From Patescibacteria group bacterium (GTDB taxonomy: Bacteria; Patescibacteriota; Minisyncoccia; Minisyncoccales; RBG-13-42-11), in assembly GCA_035529635.1 (NCBI GenBank), contig DATKWJ010000003.1, positions 1 to 48,390 of the forward strand: 48,390 nucleotides of DNA, written 5' to 3'. The translations under genes and the position numbers were made by a program. The notes under the pieces were generated by a model. It did no database searches. It was not told the origin of the DNA and saw only the letters and a list, made by a program, of their open reading frames with translations. This document shows positions 48,251 to 48,390 of this stretch, in pieces. Positions within the stretch are counted from its first letter, which is position 1, and the number at the start of each line of letters is the position of its first letter.

Positions 48251-48321
48251 CTGCGGGGCTTGGATTCGAACCAAGATACACGCCTCCAGAGGGCGCGGTC
48301 CTACCGTTAGACGACCCCGCA
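48251..48321 (-). tRNA. tRNA-Gln(CUG), CCA not encoded
   Basis: TGCGGGG...CCCCGCA-G acceptor; GCGCC-ct CTG ga-GGCGT anticodon arm; CTTGG-TTCGAAT-CCAAG T-arm. Confidence 0.95.
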
Positions 48322-48390
48322 AGATTAAACTTTGAGATATTTTTTGACGGCGATAAAACTGGAAACAATCCCTAAAATTACGCCGCTCAG

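Larger units (their letters stand above)
34181..48253. mobile_element. tRNA-Gln-anchored island of tandem gene cassettes delimited by att-like repeats (no recombinase in window)
   Basis: Eight co-oriented repeats related to the tRNA 3' end; all cargo on the minus strand; abrupt changes in base composition between units. Confidence 0.6.

Overview
This looks like a chromosomal segment of a Patescibacteria (CPR) bacterium, Parcubacteria-like. That is an inference from the divergent intron-containing stand-alone 16S gene, short EF-Ts, DUF5671-like and pilin genes. Bases 1-34 kb are mostly backbone, nearly all on the minus strand: a Gly-rich surface protein; a 16S rRNA gene with a 304-nt group I intron after U1498 and no CCUCC anti-Shine-Dalgarno; tRNA-Thr; tsf-rpsB and rpmE-prfA; a carbon operon (acs-pduL-ppa-ppsA-pilin-pfkB-fba-rplY); an ArsR-headed Fe-S/redox operon ending in gap; and ftsZ-nnrD-trxB-eno-gpmA. 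The most striking part is 34.2-48.3 kb, a region downstream of tRNA-Gln(CUG) cut into co-oriented gene units by two repeat families that resemble the tRNA 3' end. Family 1 is a 33-bp repeat (GCTG-N8-GGAC[G/A]ATGTTAGAAC, 5 copies) that tightly brackets 1-2-gene cassettes. Family 2 is a ~110-150-bp repeat (3 copies) with an exact T-arm/acceptor geometry plus GAGAC boxes. No recombinase is in the window. The region reads as an integron-like, tRNA-anchored cassette array that does not use canonical attC sites. Its cargo includes csaA, an obgE-engB-typA GTPase block, an IPCT/DIPPS-like enzyme and a split PEP-dikinase-like module.
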